A stretch of 60,075 nucleotides of DNA, filler included. It is 3 parts of 3 records of this genome, joined end to end, with 100 filler letters (N's around TTAATTAATTAA, not from the genome) between each part and the next. Parts side by side here need not be neighbours in the genome. Positions count along the whole stretch, not along the records: positions 1 to 28,270 come from DRR723986_3128; 2 more parts are not named here. The stretch is one strand, 5' to 3'. Both the position numbers and the translations under genes were made by a program. A model generated the notes under the pieces. It was not told the origin of the DNA and did no database searches. It saw only the letters and a list, made by a program, of their open reading frames with translations. Positions 9,742-19,587 of this stretch are shown piece by piece; the stretch's first letter is position 1; the number at the start of each line of letters is the position of its first letter.

Positions 9742-10116
9742 CTACGTCATAGCTACGGCTGGCAATTGGATTTCGCGTTGTGTGATAATCTCTTGAGCGA
9801 GCATTTCAGAGGAAATGTGGCCAAGTTCAACCAAGACTTCAGAGAGGGTCGGAACTGCTTCCTCTTGAATCCCAAGCAACTCTGTAACGTCATCCTCAGT
9901 TAGGTAGTCGAGTTGAACCGCTGCGCGCCCAAACGGCAAATCCGGATGGTCGGACTGGAAAGCGAGAACGTCCATCGTCTGTCGCATAGAAAGCAATCTA
10001 CGCTCTAGCGCGATTTGACCGATGGGCTTCCGGCGGTGGGCAACGACGCATATCGCATCAGCGAGTTGTTCCGCTGACACGAGTCCGCGTCGATAAAGTT
10101 GTGTTGCTATTTTCAT
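9742..10116 (-). CDS. Stand-alone protein made of four degenerate MshEN-like repeats
   Basis: Four repeats about 30 aa apart resembling xLGxxLxxxGLIxxxxLxxxLxxQ (KIATQLYRRGLVS, PIGQIALERRLLS...LAFQ, PFGRAAVQLDYLT...LGIQ, TLSEVLVELGHIS); AAGGAG RBS upstream. Confidence 0.7.
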   Translation of the reverse strand: MKIATQLYRRGLVSAEQLADAICVVAHRRKPIGQIALERRLLSMRQTMDVLAFQSDHPDLPFGRAAVQLDYLTEDDVTELLGIQEEAVPTLSEVLVELGHISSEMLAQEIITQREIQLPAVAMT

Positions 10117-10218
10117 AGCAGGCTCCTTCGAGTGGGCGTTAAGGAAGAGCCAGAAAGACTAAATGCTCAAAATGAGCATAGCACACGCCTTGGGGCATGC
10201 GAGGTGTTAAGGGGTTAT

Positions 10219-10713
10219 CTAACAACACTCCGGGTACAAGCTGATGCGAAGTTCGTTGTCACCGTACTCGTAAACATTGATTGGAGCCATTTGGAACTCG
10301 AGCGACTCGGGAGGGCTGATGACTGTGGGCAGCATCAACCGACTCTCAGGAACGTCAATTTGCGCTTTGGCGTGCCCGAGGATCTGGTTGGCAACTTCAC
10401 ACAGCATTTCATCGAGCTCGAACGGATTACTAGCCTCCGCACCAGTGGCAAGCCGATACAGCTCTCCACAAGTCAGCGGTGTGGCATGAATTTCAAGGCA
10501 GCACGAAAAGCCTCCTTGCAAGCCAATGCGGCAAGAGTGCCCTAGCCATTGATCACCAACATCGTAAGGTTCCTTCTGGGTAAGCACGAGGCCGAACCCG
10601 TTCATCGCAGAAAACACAGACGCAGGAATCTGGTCAGCCAGACTGCGCAGCTGGGGCTCTGCCTTGGCTGCAGCCTCTTCAATATCAGGGTCAAACGGGG
10701 ACATAGCGTTCAA
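10219..10713 (-). CDS. cheX: CheX-like chemotaxis phosphatase
   Basis: IGLQGG, ExxN motif (CEVANQILGHAK) and LPTVI; lies directly after cheY. The N-terminus is divergent and the start is uncertain. Confidence 0.75.
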   Translation of the reverse strand: MNAMSPFDPDIEEAAAKAEPQLRSLADQIPASVFSAMNGFGLVLTQKEPYDVGDQWLGHSCRIGLQGGFSCCLEIHATPLTCGELYRLATGAEASNPFELDEMLCEVANQILGHAKAQIDVPESRLMLPTVISPPESLEFQMAPINVYEYGDNELRISLYPECC

Positions 10714-11050
10714 GCTTTATCTGGAGTTCTTCAAGTTCAAATGGTTTGCAGAGGTAGTCCGTCACTCCAGCTTGAATGGCTTCGATGACCTTGGTCTTCT
10801 CACCTTCGGTCGTAACCATGATCACCGGAACGCTGGAACCACTCGCGCGAATCGCTTTTAGGAATTCGAGTCCCGACATATTGGGCATGTTCCAATCGGT
10901 CAGCACCAGATCAAACTGTTGCTGCTGAAATGCTTCCCAGCCGAGCTGACCGTCTGCAGCTTCCACCGCAGAGCGAACGCCGCAAGCATTTAGCCCTCGA
11001 ATAATGATTTTTCTCATGACGCCAGAGTCATCGACGACTAAGACACGCAT
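10691..11050 (-). CDS. cheY: Single-domain response regulator CheY
   Basis: VVDDS, TDWNMPNMSG, VTTE and YLCKPF motifs; 119 aa; within the che operon. Confidence 0.92.
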   Translation of the reverse strand: MRVLVVDDSGVMRKIIIRGLNACGVRSAVEAADGQLGWEAFQQQQFDLVLTDWNMPNMSGLEFLKAIRASGSSVPVIMVTTEGEKTKVIEAIQAGVTDYLCKPFELEELQIKLERYVPV

Positions 11051-11139
11051 CCTTTTTCCTTGGTTTTAAAGGTGTGAAAATCGGCCAGTCCGCGTTCCGC
11101 CTTCGCATCCATGACCATCTCGTTTCAAAAGTGTTGAGG

Positions 11140-11988
11140 TTAATTTGGCAAGTAATAGGTTGTTTGGTCGATTCGCTTCCGAACGAAAGGGACATCGAGA
11201 TTGAGAGTCGTTTCGGCAGCGCCGAGCAAGAGGACTCCATCATCGGCCAGTCTCCGCCTCACCCGACACAGAATGTCAGACTTCGTTTCAACTTGGAAAT
11301 AGATCAATACGTTTCGCAGGAGTACGATGTCAAACTGTTGGGCTACGCTTGTCGGCCAATGATCGGCGAGATTTAGATGCGAGAACTGCACCATATCACG
11401 CACCGCCGAATGAAGCTGCCATTGATCGCCAACGCGATCGAAGTACTTTTCAGCCAACGCCGGTGGAAGCCCTCGTGTAACCTCTGCTTGCGAAAAGAGT
11501 CCGGATTGGGCCTTTGATAGGATTTCCTTTGAAATGTCAGAACCGAAAAGCCTCAATCGCCAGCCCAGCAACTCAGGGAAATACTCGCGGATCATGATCG
11601 CAACGGAGTAGATCTCTTGGCCGCTGGAACATGCGGCAGACCAAATGTTCAGTTCCTTCCGCTCACTACGAGCAGGAATGAGCTTCGGCAGTATGGAATC
11701 GCGAAGGGAGATAAACGGTTGCTGATCTCGATAAAAGCTGGATTCATTCGTTGTCAGACAATCGAGTACATCATCTTGAATCGAATACCCCGATGGCTTT
11801 GATAGTTCCGGTACCAATTCGGAGATCGTCGTTAAACCATGTCGCTTGAGCACGGGCAGCAAGCGATTTTCAATCATGTAGGACTTCGATGCATCCAGAA
11901 CGATCGCCGACTTACGGCTAACAAACTCTGCGATGCTGAGGAGATCCGAATTGCTGATTCCCTGCGGTGGATTGTGTGTTAGCGACAT
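11140..11988 (-). CDS. cheR: Chemotaxis methyltransferase CheR
   Basis: TTNESSFYRD, IWSAACSSGQEIYS and FDIVLLRNVLIYF motifs. ATG 11988 chosen; the ORF extends to 12021. Confidence 0.95.
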   Translation of the reverse strand: MSLTHNPPQGISNSDLLSIAEFVSRKSAIVLDASKSYMIENRLLPVLKRHGLTTISELVPELSKPSGYSIQDDVLDCLTTNESSFYRDQQPFISLRDSILPKLIPARSERKELNIWSAACSSGQEIYSVAIMIREYFPELLGWRLRLFGSDISKEILSKAQSGLFSQAEVTRGLPPALAEKYFDRVGDQWQLHSAVRDMVQFSHLNLADHWPTSVAQQFDIVLLRNVLIYFQVETKSDILCRVRRRLADDGVLLLGAAETTLNLDVPFVRKRIDQTTYYLPN

Positions 11989-13079
11989 ACAGCCATCTCC
12001 TGTGGTTCTGCTTTCGAACAACTGCCCAAATGTGGACTCAGGAAATGTGCGATCCGGTCCAGCGGCAGCACTTTGTCAGCTTGCCCCGCCTCCTGAACGG
12101 CGCGTGGCATCCCCCAGACGACACTCGTTGCTTGGTCCTGTGCAATGACGAAGCCACCTTGTTCACGAACGCATCTAGCTCCCTTCAAGGCATCTTGGCC
12201 CATGCCAGTAAGTACAATCGAGACATTGCCTTTACCGTACAGCGAGGCGCACGAACGAAACAATACGTCGACGGCCGGACGACAAGAGTTCTCTGGGGCC
12301 CCTTGGTCGAGAACAACCTGCACGTCATTTCCGACGCGTTTCAGTTGCATGTGAAAATCACCAGGTGCGATCCAAATCCCACCCGGGCGAAGCTTGTCAC
12401 CGTGGGCCGCTTCCTGAACCTCCAGCGGAGTCAACTGGTTCAAACGCTGAGCAAGCTGCCGCGTGAATACTGGTGGCATGTGTTGCACAACGACAATGGG
12501 CACGTTAACAGTTGCCGGCAAGTCCTGAATGAACTGCTGAAGAGCATTGGGACCACCGGTCGAAGAACCAATCGAAATGACATCGACTCGGTCGGTCAGC
12601 TTTCTCGTCGCTTGCGATTCAACTACAGGACGAGTGTCTGTAACCCTCACCGCCGCGGCAGCAGGCTTTGTTGCTTGGCCCAGTTGAATGATCTTTGGAA
12701 CCAACTCACGATGTATATGCTGTTTTGAATCGTCTAGTGAACGCGACTGAGTTGGTTTTTGTGCATAGTCACTAGCGCCCAGAGCCAGGGCTTCAATCGT
12801 TTCCGTTGCACCTCGCTGTGTCAGTGAGCTGAACATAACGACGCGAATATCGGGATGGAGCCGTCGGATTTCCTTTAATGTCTCCAACCCGTCCATTTCG
12901 GGCATTTCGAAATCGAGAGTAACCACATCGGGTTTCACCTGCAGGATCTTTTGCAATGCAATGCGTCCATGCGCGGCAGTTGCTACTACCTCGATGCCGG
13001 AAGCCTCTGCCAGAGCATCGGTAACCACTTTGCGGATGACAGTTGAATCGTCTACAACCAGGACTCGCACCGGGTTCAT
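11979..13079 (-). CDS. cheB: Chemotaxis methylesterase/response regulator CheB
   Basis: REC domain plus SSTGGPNAL, VQHMP, RPAVDVLF and LTGMGQD catalytic motifs. Confidence 0.96.
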   Translation of the reverse strand: MNPVRVLVVDDSTVIRKVVTDALAEASGIEVVATAAHGRIALQKILQVKPDVVTLDFEMPEMDGLETLKEIRRLHPDIRVVMFSSLTQRGATETIEALALGASDYAQKPTQSRSLDDSKQHIHRELVPKIIQLGQATKPAAAAVRVTDTRPVVESQATRKLTDRVDVISIGSSTGGPNALQQFIQDLPATVNVPIVVVQHMPPVFTRQLAQRLNQLTPLEVQEAAHGDKLRPGGIWIAPGDFHMQLKRVGNDVQVVLDQGAPENSCRPAVDVLFRSCASLYGKGNVSIVLTGMGQDALKGARCVREQGGFVIAQDQATSVVWGMPRAVQEAGQADKVLPLDRIAHFLSPHLGSCSKAEPQEMAVCR

Positions 13080-13112
13080 TGCACTGCTTTCGATATTGGT
13101 TCAGGATAATCC

Positions 13113-13164
13113 GACTGGACGAGGTGCCGCACCTTTCGGTCGGGCACGCGGCACCTCGTCAGTC
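13113..13164. repeat. Strong intergenic inverted repeat between mcp and cheB
   Basis: GACGAGGTGCCGC (13118-13130) is the exact reverse complement of GCGGCACCTCGTC (13148-13160); extendable by GACT/AGTC with one bulge; no U-tract on either side. Confidence 0.8.
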
Positions 13165-13181
13165 ACGGGGCTCAGTCGGAA

Positions 13182-15830
13182 TCATGCATCCTGAAGGACT
13201 CGACTCACTTCGTCGATCGACGTTGTCGCATCCCGGTTACCGGTCGACACCGTCGAGCTGGCTACGTTGAAGCGATTCACCAACGCTTGCAGATTGCCGG
13301 CCATCTTGCGTAGCTCACCAGCAGCGTGTTGGCTATTGGCCGCTCCCTGGTTGGTGCTCGAGGCCGCCTCTGCAACCGAGTTGATGTTGCCTGCAATCTC
13401 GCCGACACCGAGGGCCGCCTCGTTGACGTTTCGGCCCATTTCATTCGCTGTCGCAGTCTGCTCTTCAACAGCACTAGCAATCGTGTTTGAGATGTCGTTA
13501 ATCTGATTGATGACTTCACTGATCTCGCCAATCGCGTCCACCGCTCCTTGCGTGTCGGTTTGGATGGCGTCGATCTTCAAGCCGATGTCTTCGGTTGCCT
13601 TGGCAGTTTCTTTCGCCAGTTCCTTGACCTCGTTGGCTACAACGGCAAACCCCTTGCCAGCTTCACCAGCGCGGGCGGCTTCAATCGTTGCATTGAGTGC
13701 AAGAAGATTGGTCTGTTCAGCAATGGAAGTAATGACTTTAACCACTTTGCCAATCTCTTGACTGCTGTCACCTAGCTTCGTGATCGTTGCATTCGTATTT
13801 CCAGCAGCCACGACCGCTTGCTGCGATACGCGGGCGGCCTGAGACGCACTCTGTGCGATTTCCCGAATCGCCGCGTTTAGCTCCTCGACACCCGTCGATA
13901 CAATTTGGACGTTGGCACTGACCTGTTCTGACGCTTCCGACGCAACACTTGCCTGACTGGACGTTTCTTCCGCGTTGGAGTTCATTTGTGAACTCACAGC
14001 GGACAGTTGCTCTGATGCGAGGGAGAGATCTGCAGCATTGTCTGCAATCGCAGCGATACTGTCGCTTAGATCTTGGAAGAACGTATCCAAGCCATCGCCG
14101 AGTTTGCCGATTGCGTCTTCGCCGACGAACTCAAGCCGCTGCGTCAAGTCTCCTTGCGTGGCGGAACTTACTACCGAAAGGATGGAGTCGACTTTGTGAC
14201 GCAACGCTTCAGCGTCACGCTCAGTCCGTTCGACACTCGCGCGAAGTGCTTCCTTTTCTGCGGTCACATCGTTCGCAAACTTGACCACTTTGCAAACCTT
14301 ACCATCGGAGTCGGTGATTGGACTGTAGATTGCGCTCAACCAAACTCGCTCACGAGACTTGGTAAAACGCTCGAATTCACCTGAGAGCGACTTCCCGCTG
14401 GCGAGTGTAGCCCAAAACTGTTGATATTCTTGCGAAGATCGATACTCTCGGTCGACGAAGATTGAATGGTGTTCGCCTTGAATTTCCTCCAGTGAGTATT
14501 CGGTCGTCCGCAAGAAATTTTCATTCGCGTGTCGAATGTTACCATCGGTGTCAAATTCGATGATGGCTTGAAAACGGCTCAGAGCTGCAAACTGCTCTTC
14601 GTAGTCGAACGCCCTTTCACGTTCACTGGCCAATTCGGTCCAGTCGACTTGGGCGTTACCGAGCGACTCACGGATGGATTCTACAGAACTATTCAGTGCG
14701 GTAGCTAGTTCGCCGATTTCGTCGCTGCTACGCGTCTCAACGTCGACTGACAGGTTGCCAGATTCGACTTCGCGAATTGCATCGCGAACAGCAAGAATCG
14801 GCTTCGTGAACGCGCTGGCCACCAGGTTTGCAAGCACAGCTAGCACGATGGCAGCAACGGCCGTACCCAGCATCAGACTGTATAGGAACGACGTCGACGC
14901 GGCGGTCGCAGAATCAACAGTGCGTCGCATCAGAATGCCCCAGCCGTAGCCAGGAAACCCAAGTGCTCCATCGAGTGTGGCAAAACCATTGATTAGATCG
15001 ATCCCCTTACGCGTATGGGTTTCGATGGTGAAACCTGTCTCGCCCTTCCCAATCCGCTGAACGCATTCCAGGCCATGGTCGCCCAAGTTCAACTTCAGAT
15101 TGGCTGCTGGATCGTAGTCGTCCAAAACGACTCCAGTCGCACTCACCAGTTGCATTTCGACATCGACACCAGCTTCACTTAGGACCTCGCGTTCGGATTG
15201 AATGATCTGACGAACAACTCGGTCAACCGAAGCTTGGTTGAGCCAGGCGCCAACAACTTTGCCTTCGGCGTTTGTCAATGGAGCTGCGAAGGGCAGTGTT
15301 CGACGTTGCTGTCCGTAGACTTCTGTGACAAAAGGATCGAAGGACATGTCTTCATAAAAAGTCGAGCCTTCTGGGCGATTTGGAGCTATGCAATCCTGAA
15401 ACCAGGCTTGATCGCTAACGTCCTTGCCGATCAGGCTGGAAGTATCAAGCGGTTTACCTTCAAAGTTGACCGTATTGGCCGCAACAACCTGGCCCGACCG
15501 GTCGGCCAACAGCATAAGATCATAGCAGCCGTATGTCTTTGTTAAGAAGTTGAGGGTTTCTTCAGCTTCAGCCGTCGATGCTTGGGCTTTGGGGTTGAAG
15601 GCAAACGCCTGTACATCGCCGTACCTTTCAAACAGATTGCGATAAATTTTGTCGAGCGTGGCAGACGCACCGCTTGCTAGCTTCTCTCCGGCGTCTTGCT
15701 TGGCACGCGGCAACGAAGAGAAATAGCTTGAGAGTCCAACGATAACCATCGGCAACAGCCCTAGCGTAAGGAACCAGGCCAGCAATTTCGACTTTACCGT
15801 TTTGGGTATTAGAGCTTGTAGGATTTGCAT
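13182..15830 (-). CDS. Methyl-accepting chemotaxis protein: TM - Cache-like periplasmic domain - TM - HAMP - PAS - signalling domain
   Basis: Two TM helices, HAMP ([11 protein letters not shown]), PAS (IIEFDTDG...ANENF...FW) and the [34 protein letters not shown] hairpin tip. Confidence 0.96.
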   Translation of the reverse strand: MQILQALIPKTVKSKLLAWFLTLGLLPMVIVGLSSYFSSLPRAKQDAGEKLASGASATLDKIYRNLFERYGDVQAFAFNPKAQASTAEAEETLNFLTKTYGCYDLMLLADRSGQVVAANTVNFEGKPLDTSSLIGKDVSDQAWFQDCIAPNRPEGSTFYEDMSFDPFVTEVYGQQRRTLPFAAPLTNAEGKVVGAWLNQASVDRVVRQIIQSEREVLSEAGVDVEMQLVSATGVVLDDYDPAANLKLNLGDHGLECVQRIGKGETGFTIETHTRKGIDLINGFATLDGALGFPGYGWGILMRRTVDSATAASTSFLYSLMLGTAVAAIVLAVLANLVASAFTKPILAVRDAIREVESGNLSVDVETRSSDEIGELATALNSSVESIRESLGNAQVDWTELASERERAFDYEEQFAALSRFQAIIEFDTDGNIRHANENFLRTTEYSLEEIQGEHHSIFVDREYRSSQEYQQFWATLASGKSLSGEFERFTKSRERVWLSAIYSPITDSDGKVCKVVKFANDVTAEKEALRASVERTERDAEALRHKVDSILSVVSSATQGDLTQRLEFVGEDAIGKLGDGLDTFFQDLSDSIAAIADNAADLSLASEQLSAVSSQMNSNAEETSSQASVASEASEQVSANVQIVSTGVEELNAAIREIAQSASQAARVSQQAVVAAGNTNATITKLGDSSQEIGKVVKVITSIAEQTNLLALNATIEAARAGEAGKGFAVVANEVKELAKETAKATEDIGLKIDAIQTDTQGAVDAIGEISEVINQINDISNTIASAVEEQTATANEMGRNVNEAALGVGEIAGNINSVAEAASSTNQGAANSQHAAGELRKMAGNLQALVNRFNVASSTVSTGNRDATTSIDEVSRVLQDA

Positions 15831-15894
15831 ATCAGGGCACTTCAGTCAGATGAGAGTTAACAGTTTTCTGTGCTAAATTTGGTTTATGTTCGAG

Positions 15895-16374
15895 CTAGGT
15901 CTGGTTGCCGACCACCGCGTCGATGTCGAGATGTAACAAGAGCTGCGAATCGAGTTTGTAGGCGCCAACGATGTAATCACGCAGTGGTTCACTCAGCGTC
16001 TGCGGAGCGGCTTCATAGTCCGTCAATTCATGCTCGCTGACGTCACCGATTCGATCGACTAACAAGCTCACCGCACCACCACGAGCTTGAACTACGACAT
16101 TCATCGGTTGCTGGCCTGCTGGAAAGTCTTCAAAGGCCAACCGCTTGCGCATGTCAATTGCTGTCACTATCTGACCTCGCAAATTGATCAGGCCGCGGAC
16201 ATAGTTTTCGGTCAGCGGCACTGGCGTCATGTTCTGATAACGGATGACTTCCTGCACCCGAATTGCATCGATGCAAAAGTGGTGGTTGGCAATTTGGAAA
16301 GTGCACAGCTGGTTGCGTGATTGAACCGGCTCGGCAGCGCCATGGTTTCGCGTTGTCTGCAGGCTAGTTGTCAT
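15895..16374 (-). CDS. cheW: Chemotaxis coupling protein CheW
   Basis: VQEVIR, TPVP, VRGLINLRGQIVTAIDMR and LLVDRIGDV motifs. Confidence 0.95.
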   Translation of the reverse strand: MTTSLQTTRNHGAAEPVQSRNQLCTFQIANHHFCIDAIRVQEVIRYQNMTPVPLTENYVRGLINLRGQIVTAIDMRKRLAFEDFPAGQQPMNVVVQARGGAVSLLVDRIGDVSEHELTDYEAAPQTLSEPLRDYIVGAYKLDSQLLLHLDIDAVVGNQT

Positions 16375-19003
16375 AAATCGCTCGCAAATCGATGATGTCG
16401 GTCAGGTGTTGGTTGATCACTTCGGTGCGTGTTGCTGCTAGAGAACCCTCTGCCGCATCCTGCGTTTTGCACTCCACAATGTCGAGAATGTCGTCAACTA
16501 CAACGCCCATCATTCCGCCATCGGTCGCAATGACCAGGACGTTCAATTGGCCTGCGAAGTCAGTTGCACCGGTTTCTAATCCGACGGACTCAGCCAACGA
16601 TTGCAGTGATAGAGTGTCGTCGCGGTATTGGACAACGCGTCGGCCCTGTGACCACTCCAGGTCGCTGGAATCGATCTGCTCCAGCCGCGTGATTTGGGAA
16701 GAACGAATTGCGAACCGGTGCTCGCTTCCGATTTGTGTGATCAGCAGCGATTCGGTATCAGTCATCTGCTCCGAACTGCAGATTCCATCTACTGAGTTCT
16801 CTGGTACAAGATCCTCGCCGCTCAGTCCCGCAGACTTTGCGAGGCCAATGACATCGATGATCAAGGCAACCTGTCCGTCTCCCATGATGGTCATGCCCGA
16901 GTACACGGAAATCGATTTGATGTGTTCGTCAGGCGGCTTGACGACGATTTCTTCTGTGTCAATCGTCTTGTCGACGACCAATCCGAATTGCTTTCCATCA
17001 GCCCGAAGAACGATAATGTTCAGGTCATCGGTATCGTCTCGATCGATATTAAGTTGGTCGCGGAGATAAACCAAAGGTAGTATCTTGCCCCGCAAGCGAT
17101 ACACGGGTGTGTTCTTAATCCACTCGATGCCCGTCCGTGCCTGCCGACGATCTAGTCGCACCAACTCAAGCAGGTTGACTTGAGGGATCGCGTACCTATC
17201 ACCGGCGCATTTGACAATCAACGCTGGTATGATCGCTAGCGTTAATGGGATCTTTATCTTGAACGTTGTCCCCACGCCCAGCTCGGACTGTAGTTCGACG
17301 GTACCACCGATCTTCTCGATGTTGGTCTTCACGACGTCCATCCCGACGCCGCGCCCGGAAACACTTGAGATGGTCTCTGCCGTCGAGAAGCCAGGCAGGA
17401 AGATCAGGTTGGCTGCATCGCGACTGGACAGTGCGTCCGCTTTCTCTTGAGACAACAGCCCTTTCTCGACCGCCTTGTTTCGGATCTTTTCAGGATCGAT
17501 TCCATTGCCATCATCGATGATTTCGATATTGACCTGCCCACCTTCATGAAAGGCCTTCAGCAGCAAAGTGCCTTCTGCTGGCTTTCCTGTTTCGGTGCGC
17601 CGATCTGGCGCTTCGATACCGTGGTCGACCGTGTTGCGAACCAAGTGAGTCAGTGGATCCTTGATGGCTTCAATGATTGTCTTGTCTAGTTCAGTTTCCT
17701 TCCCCTGCATCTCAACGCGGACTTGCTTTTGGCATGCCGTGCCCAAGTCGCGGACCAAACGAGGAAACTTGCTCCACACGTTTCCAATTGGTTGCATCCG
17801 AGTCTTCATCACATTCTCTTGAAGCTCGCTTGTGATCAGATTCAGTCGTTGGCTCGTTCGATACAGATCGCTCTCCGGCTGTCCGGCTGTTGCCTGTAGA
17901 ATCTGATTCCGTGTCAGCACCAGTTCACCAACACTCGTCATCAATTGATCTAACAACGACACATCGACTCGAATCGTACTGTCGGCGGCACTCACATCGC
18001 CCTGCGGCTTGGCGGCTTTGGCAGCCCGCTTCGCTGGCGGTGCTGTCTTCCCGGCGTCTGGCGAGGTATCCACGGCAGTGGTTTCAGCAGGCTTAGCAAC
18101 TGGCAAGACCGGTGCCTTCGATGGAGCGACAGCAGAACTCTGCGAAGTGCTCACTGCTTTAGCTGGCCGATTTAGTGATGGCGGCAAAAGGATATCGTGC
18201 AACTTTGCGATCGATTCGGTCAAAAGATCGGAATCACACGCTTCATCACAGCCCTCGGCTTCGATCGAAGATAGCAACTGTCGAAGTTTGTCTATGCACT
18301 GGAAAAAGGCGCCTTGTAGTTCTGGGCGGAGATCCAAGACTCCGTCTCGAACGTCCGACAGAATGTTCTCGATGGCGTGCGTTAGCCGTTCAAGCTTGCC
18401 AAACCCGAGATAACCCGCCGCTCCTTTTATCGAATGGATGCTGCGAAAAGCTCCATTGATCAGCTCGACTGAATCAGGAGTTTCCTCCAAGGCAAGCAGA
18501 TCACGTTCGAGCTGTTCGACATTGTCAAAGCTCTCGATCAGGAACTCGCGTAACGTCTCTGCTTGGACGTTTTTCCCTGGCGTTGTATGTGATTTTGACT
18601 GTTCCTTCTCTGCAGATGGCTCATCTCCATTCAGTACGCATCTGAGTGCATGTAAATGCTCGTCAACGTCTTCTTCATTGGACGACTCAACGTCATCAAG
18701 TAGACCCTTTAGGCAATCCGTCGCCTTCAGCAGCGTATCGATGACTTGCGGCGTCGGTTGCATCTCCTGATTGCGAAGTCTGTTCAGTACCTCTTCTTCA
18801 AGATGCGCAACACCACCGAGTACCTCGAGCCCGAGGAAACCAGCAGCCCCCTTCACTGAGTGAACCGCGCGGAAGACGGTGTTGACCAGATCGACATCAA
18901 CTTGATCACCCTGCGATTCGAGGGTTAAGAGTTGATTCTCAACTTCAGCCAAGTGTTCTTGCGATTCAACCACGAACTCAGCAAGTAGTTCTTTATCATC
19001 CAT
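16364..19003 (-). CDS. cheA: Chemotaxis histidine kinase CheA with two Hpt domains and two CheW-like domains
   Basis: Hpt1 FRAVHSVKG, Hpt2 FRSIHSIKG, IRVDV dimerisation start, HLVRNTVDHGIE, DDGNG and SGRGVGMDVV; C-terminal tandem CheW domains. Confidence 0.96.
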   Translation of the reverse strand: MDDKELLAEFVVESQEHLAEVENQLLTLESQGDQVDVDLVNTVFRAVHSVKGAAGFLGLEVLGGVAHLEEEVLNRLRNQEMQPTPQVIDTLLKATDCLKGLLDDVESSNEEDVDEHLHALRCVLNGDEPSAEKEQSKSHTTPGKNVQAETLREFLIESFDNVEQLERDLLALEETPDSVELINGAFRSIHSIKGAAGYLGFGKLERLTHAIENILSDVRDGVLDLRPELQGAFFQCIDKLRQLLSSIEAEGCDEACDSDLLTESIAKLHDILLPPSLNRPAKAVSTSQSSAVAPSKAPVLPVAKPAETTAVDTSPDAGKTAPPAKRAAKAAKPQGDVSAADSTIRVDVSLLDQLMTSVGELVLTRNQILQATAGQPESDLYRTSQRLNLITSELQENVMKTRMQPIGNVWSKFPRLVRDLGTACQKQVRVEMQGKETELDKTIIEAIKDPLTHLVRNTVDHGIEAPDRRTETGKPAEGTLLLKAFHEGGQVNIEIIDDGNGIDPEKIRNKAVEKGLLSQEKADALSSRDAANLIFLPGFSTAETISSVSGRGVGMDVVKTNIEKIGGTVELQSELGVGTTFKIKIPLTLAIIPALIVKCAGDRYAIPQVNLLELVRLDRRQARTGIEWIKNTPVYRLRGKILPLVYLRDQLNIDRDDTDDLNIIVLRADGKQFGLVVDKTIDTEEIVVKPPDEHIKSISVYSGMTIMGDGQVALIIDVIGLAKSAGLSGEDLVPENSVDGICSSEQMTDTESLLITQIGSEHRFAIRSSQITRLEQIDSSDLEWSQGRRVVQYRDDTLSLQSLAESVGLETGATDFAGQLNVLVIATDGGMMGVVVDDILDIVECKTQDAAEGSLAATRTEVINQHLTDIIDLRAIYDN

Positions 19004-19449
19004 TAGGGCAAATGCTCAACGCTTCATGGGGCAACACGACACGCACGTACAATTAATGCACACGCATAGCGGAAAGCCGCAATTTTCAGGCAACCGGAAA
19101 GCCTTGCCCCAATTGCCCGACGGCGCAACCCGTAAAGGCGCAGTACGTGATGGGGGGGCCGTTTCCCATCCGCCCCTCTTCAGATAGGGACATGAATCAG
19201 GCGAACTATCGGCGATGCAATTGAGACCATCAAAGCGTCTCGTCCGCGACGCAAAGACCTACGCTAATGCGGCGCTGGTAAACGCGGAGCCTGCAGATTG
19301 AGAACCATTGCTGGACGCAGCGTTTGCTGATGCCGGTGTTTAAATTTGTATTAAAAACCGGTTTCACATTTTTCAGACGTCGCTACCACTCCAGTTTGAT
19401 GGCAGACTTCAGGTAATGCCCCAACCTGCTTCGAGAATAGGTAAACACA

Positions 19450-19587
19450 ATGCCCGATGAGCAACTCTTCACAAACACTCCGAAGGAGCCTACTCCAATC
19501 TCTAAGCCAGTCTCTAAGCCAGAGATGGTGTTCTATATGATTGTGGCAGCCATCGTAGTCTACTTTGTGACGGTGCGTATTATCTAA
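19450..19587 (+). CDS. Putative 45-aa small protein with a C-terminal transmembrane helix (below the ORF-track cutoff)
   Basis: Hand translation gives MPDEQLFTNTPKEPTPISKPVSKPEMVFYMIVAAIVVYFVTVRII*. GAGAATAGGT lies upstream of the ATG; there is an in-frame 12-bp duplication. Confidence 0.6.
   Translation: MPDEQLFTNTPKEPTPISKPVSKPEMVFYMIVAAIVVYFVTVRII

Noticed and set aside
19245..19300. GACGCAAAG resembling a c-di-GMP-I riboswitch core near cheA
   Set aside because: It lies on the strand opposite cheA and lacks the upstream GGCAAA...GAAA hairpin and the matching P2/P3 elements.
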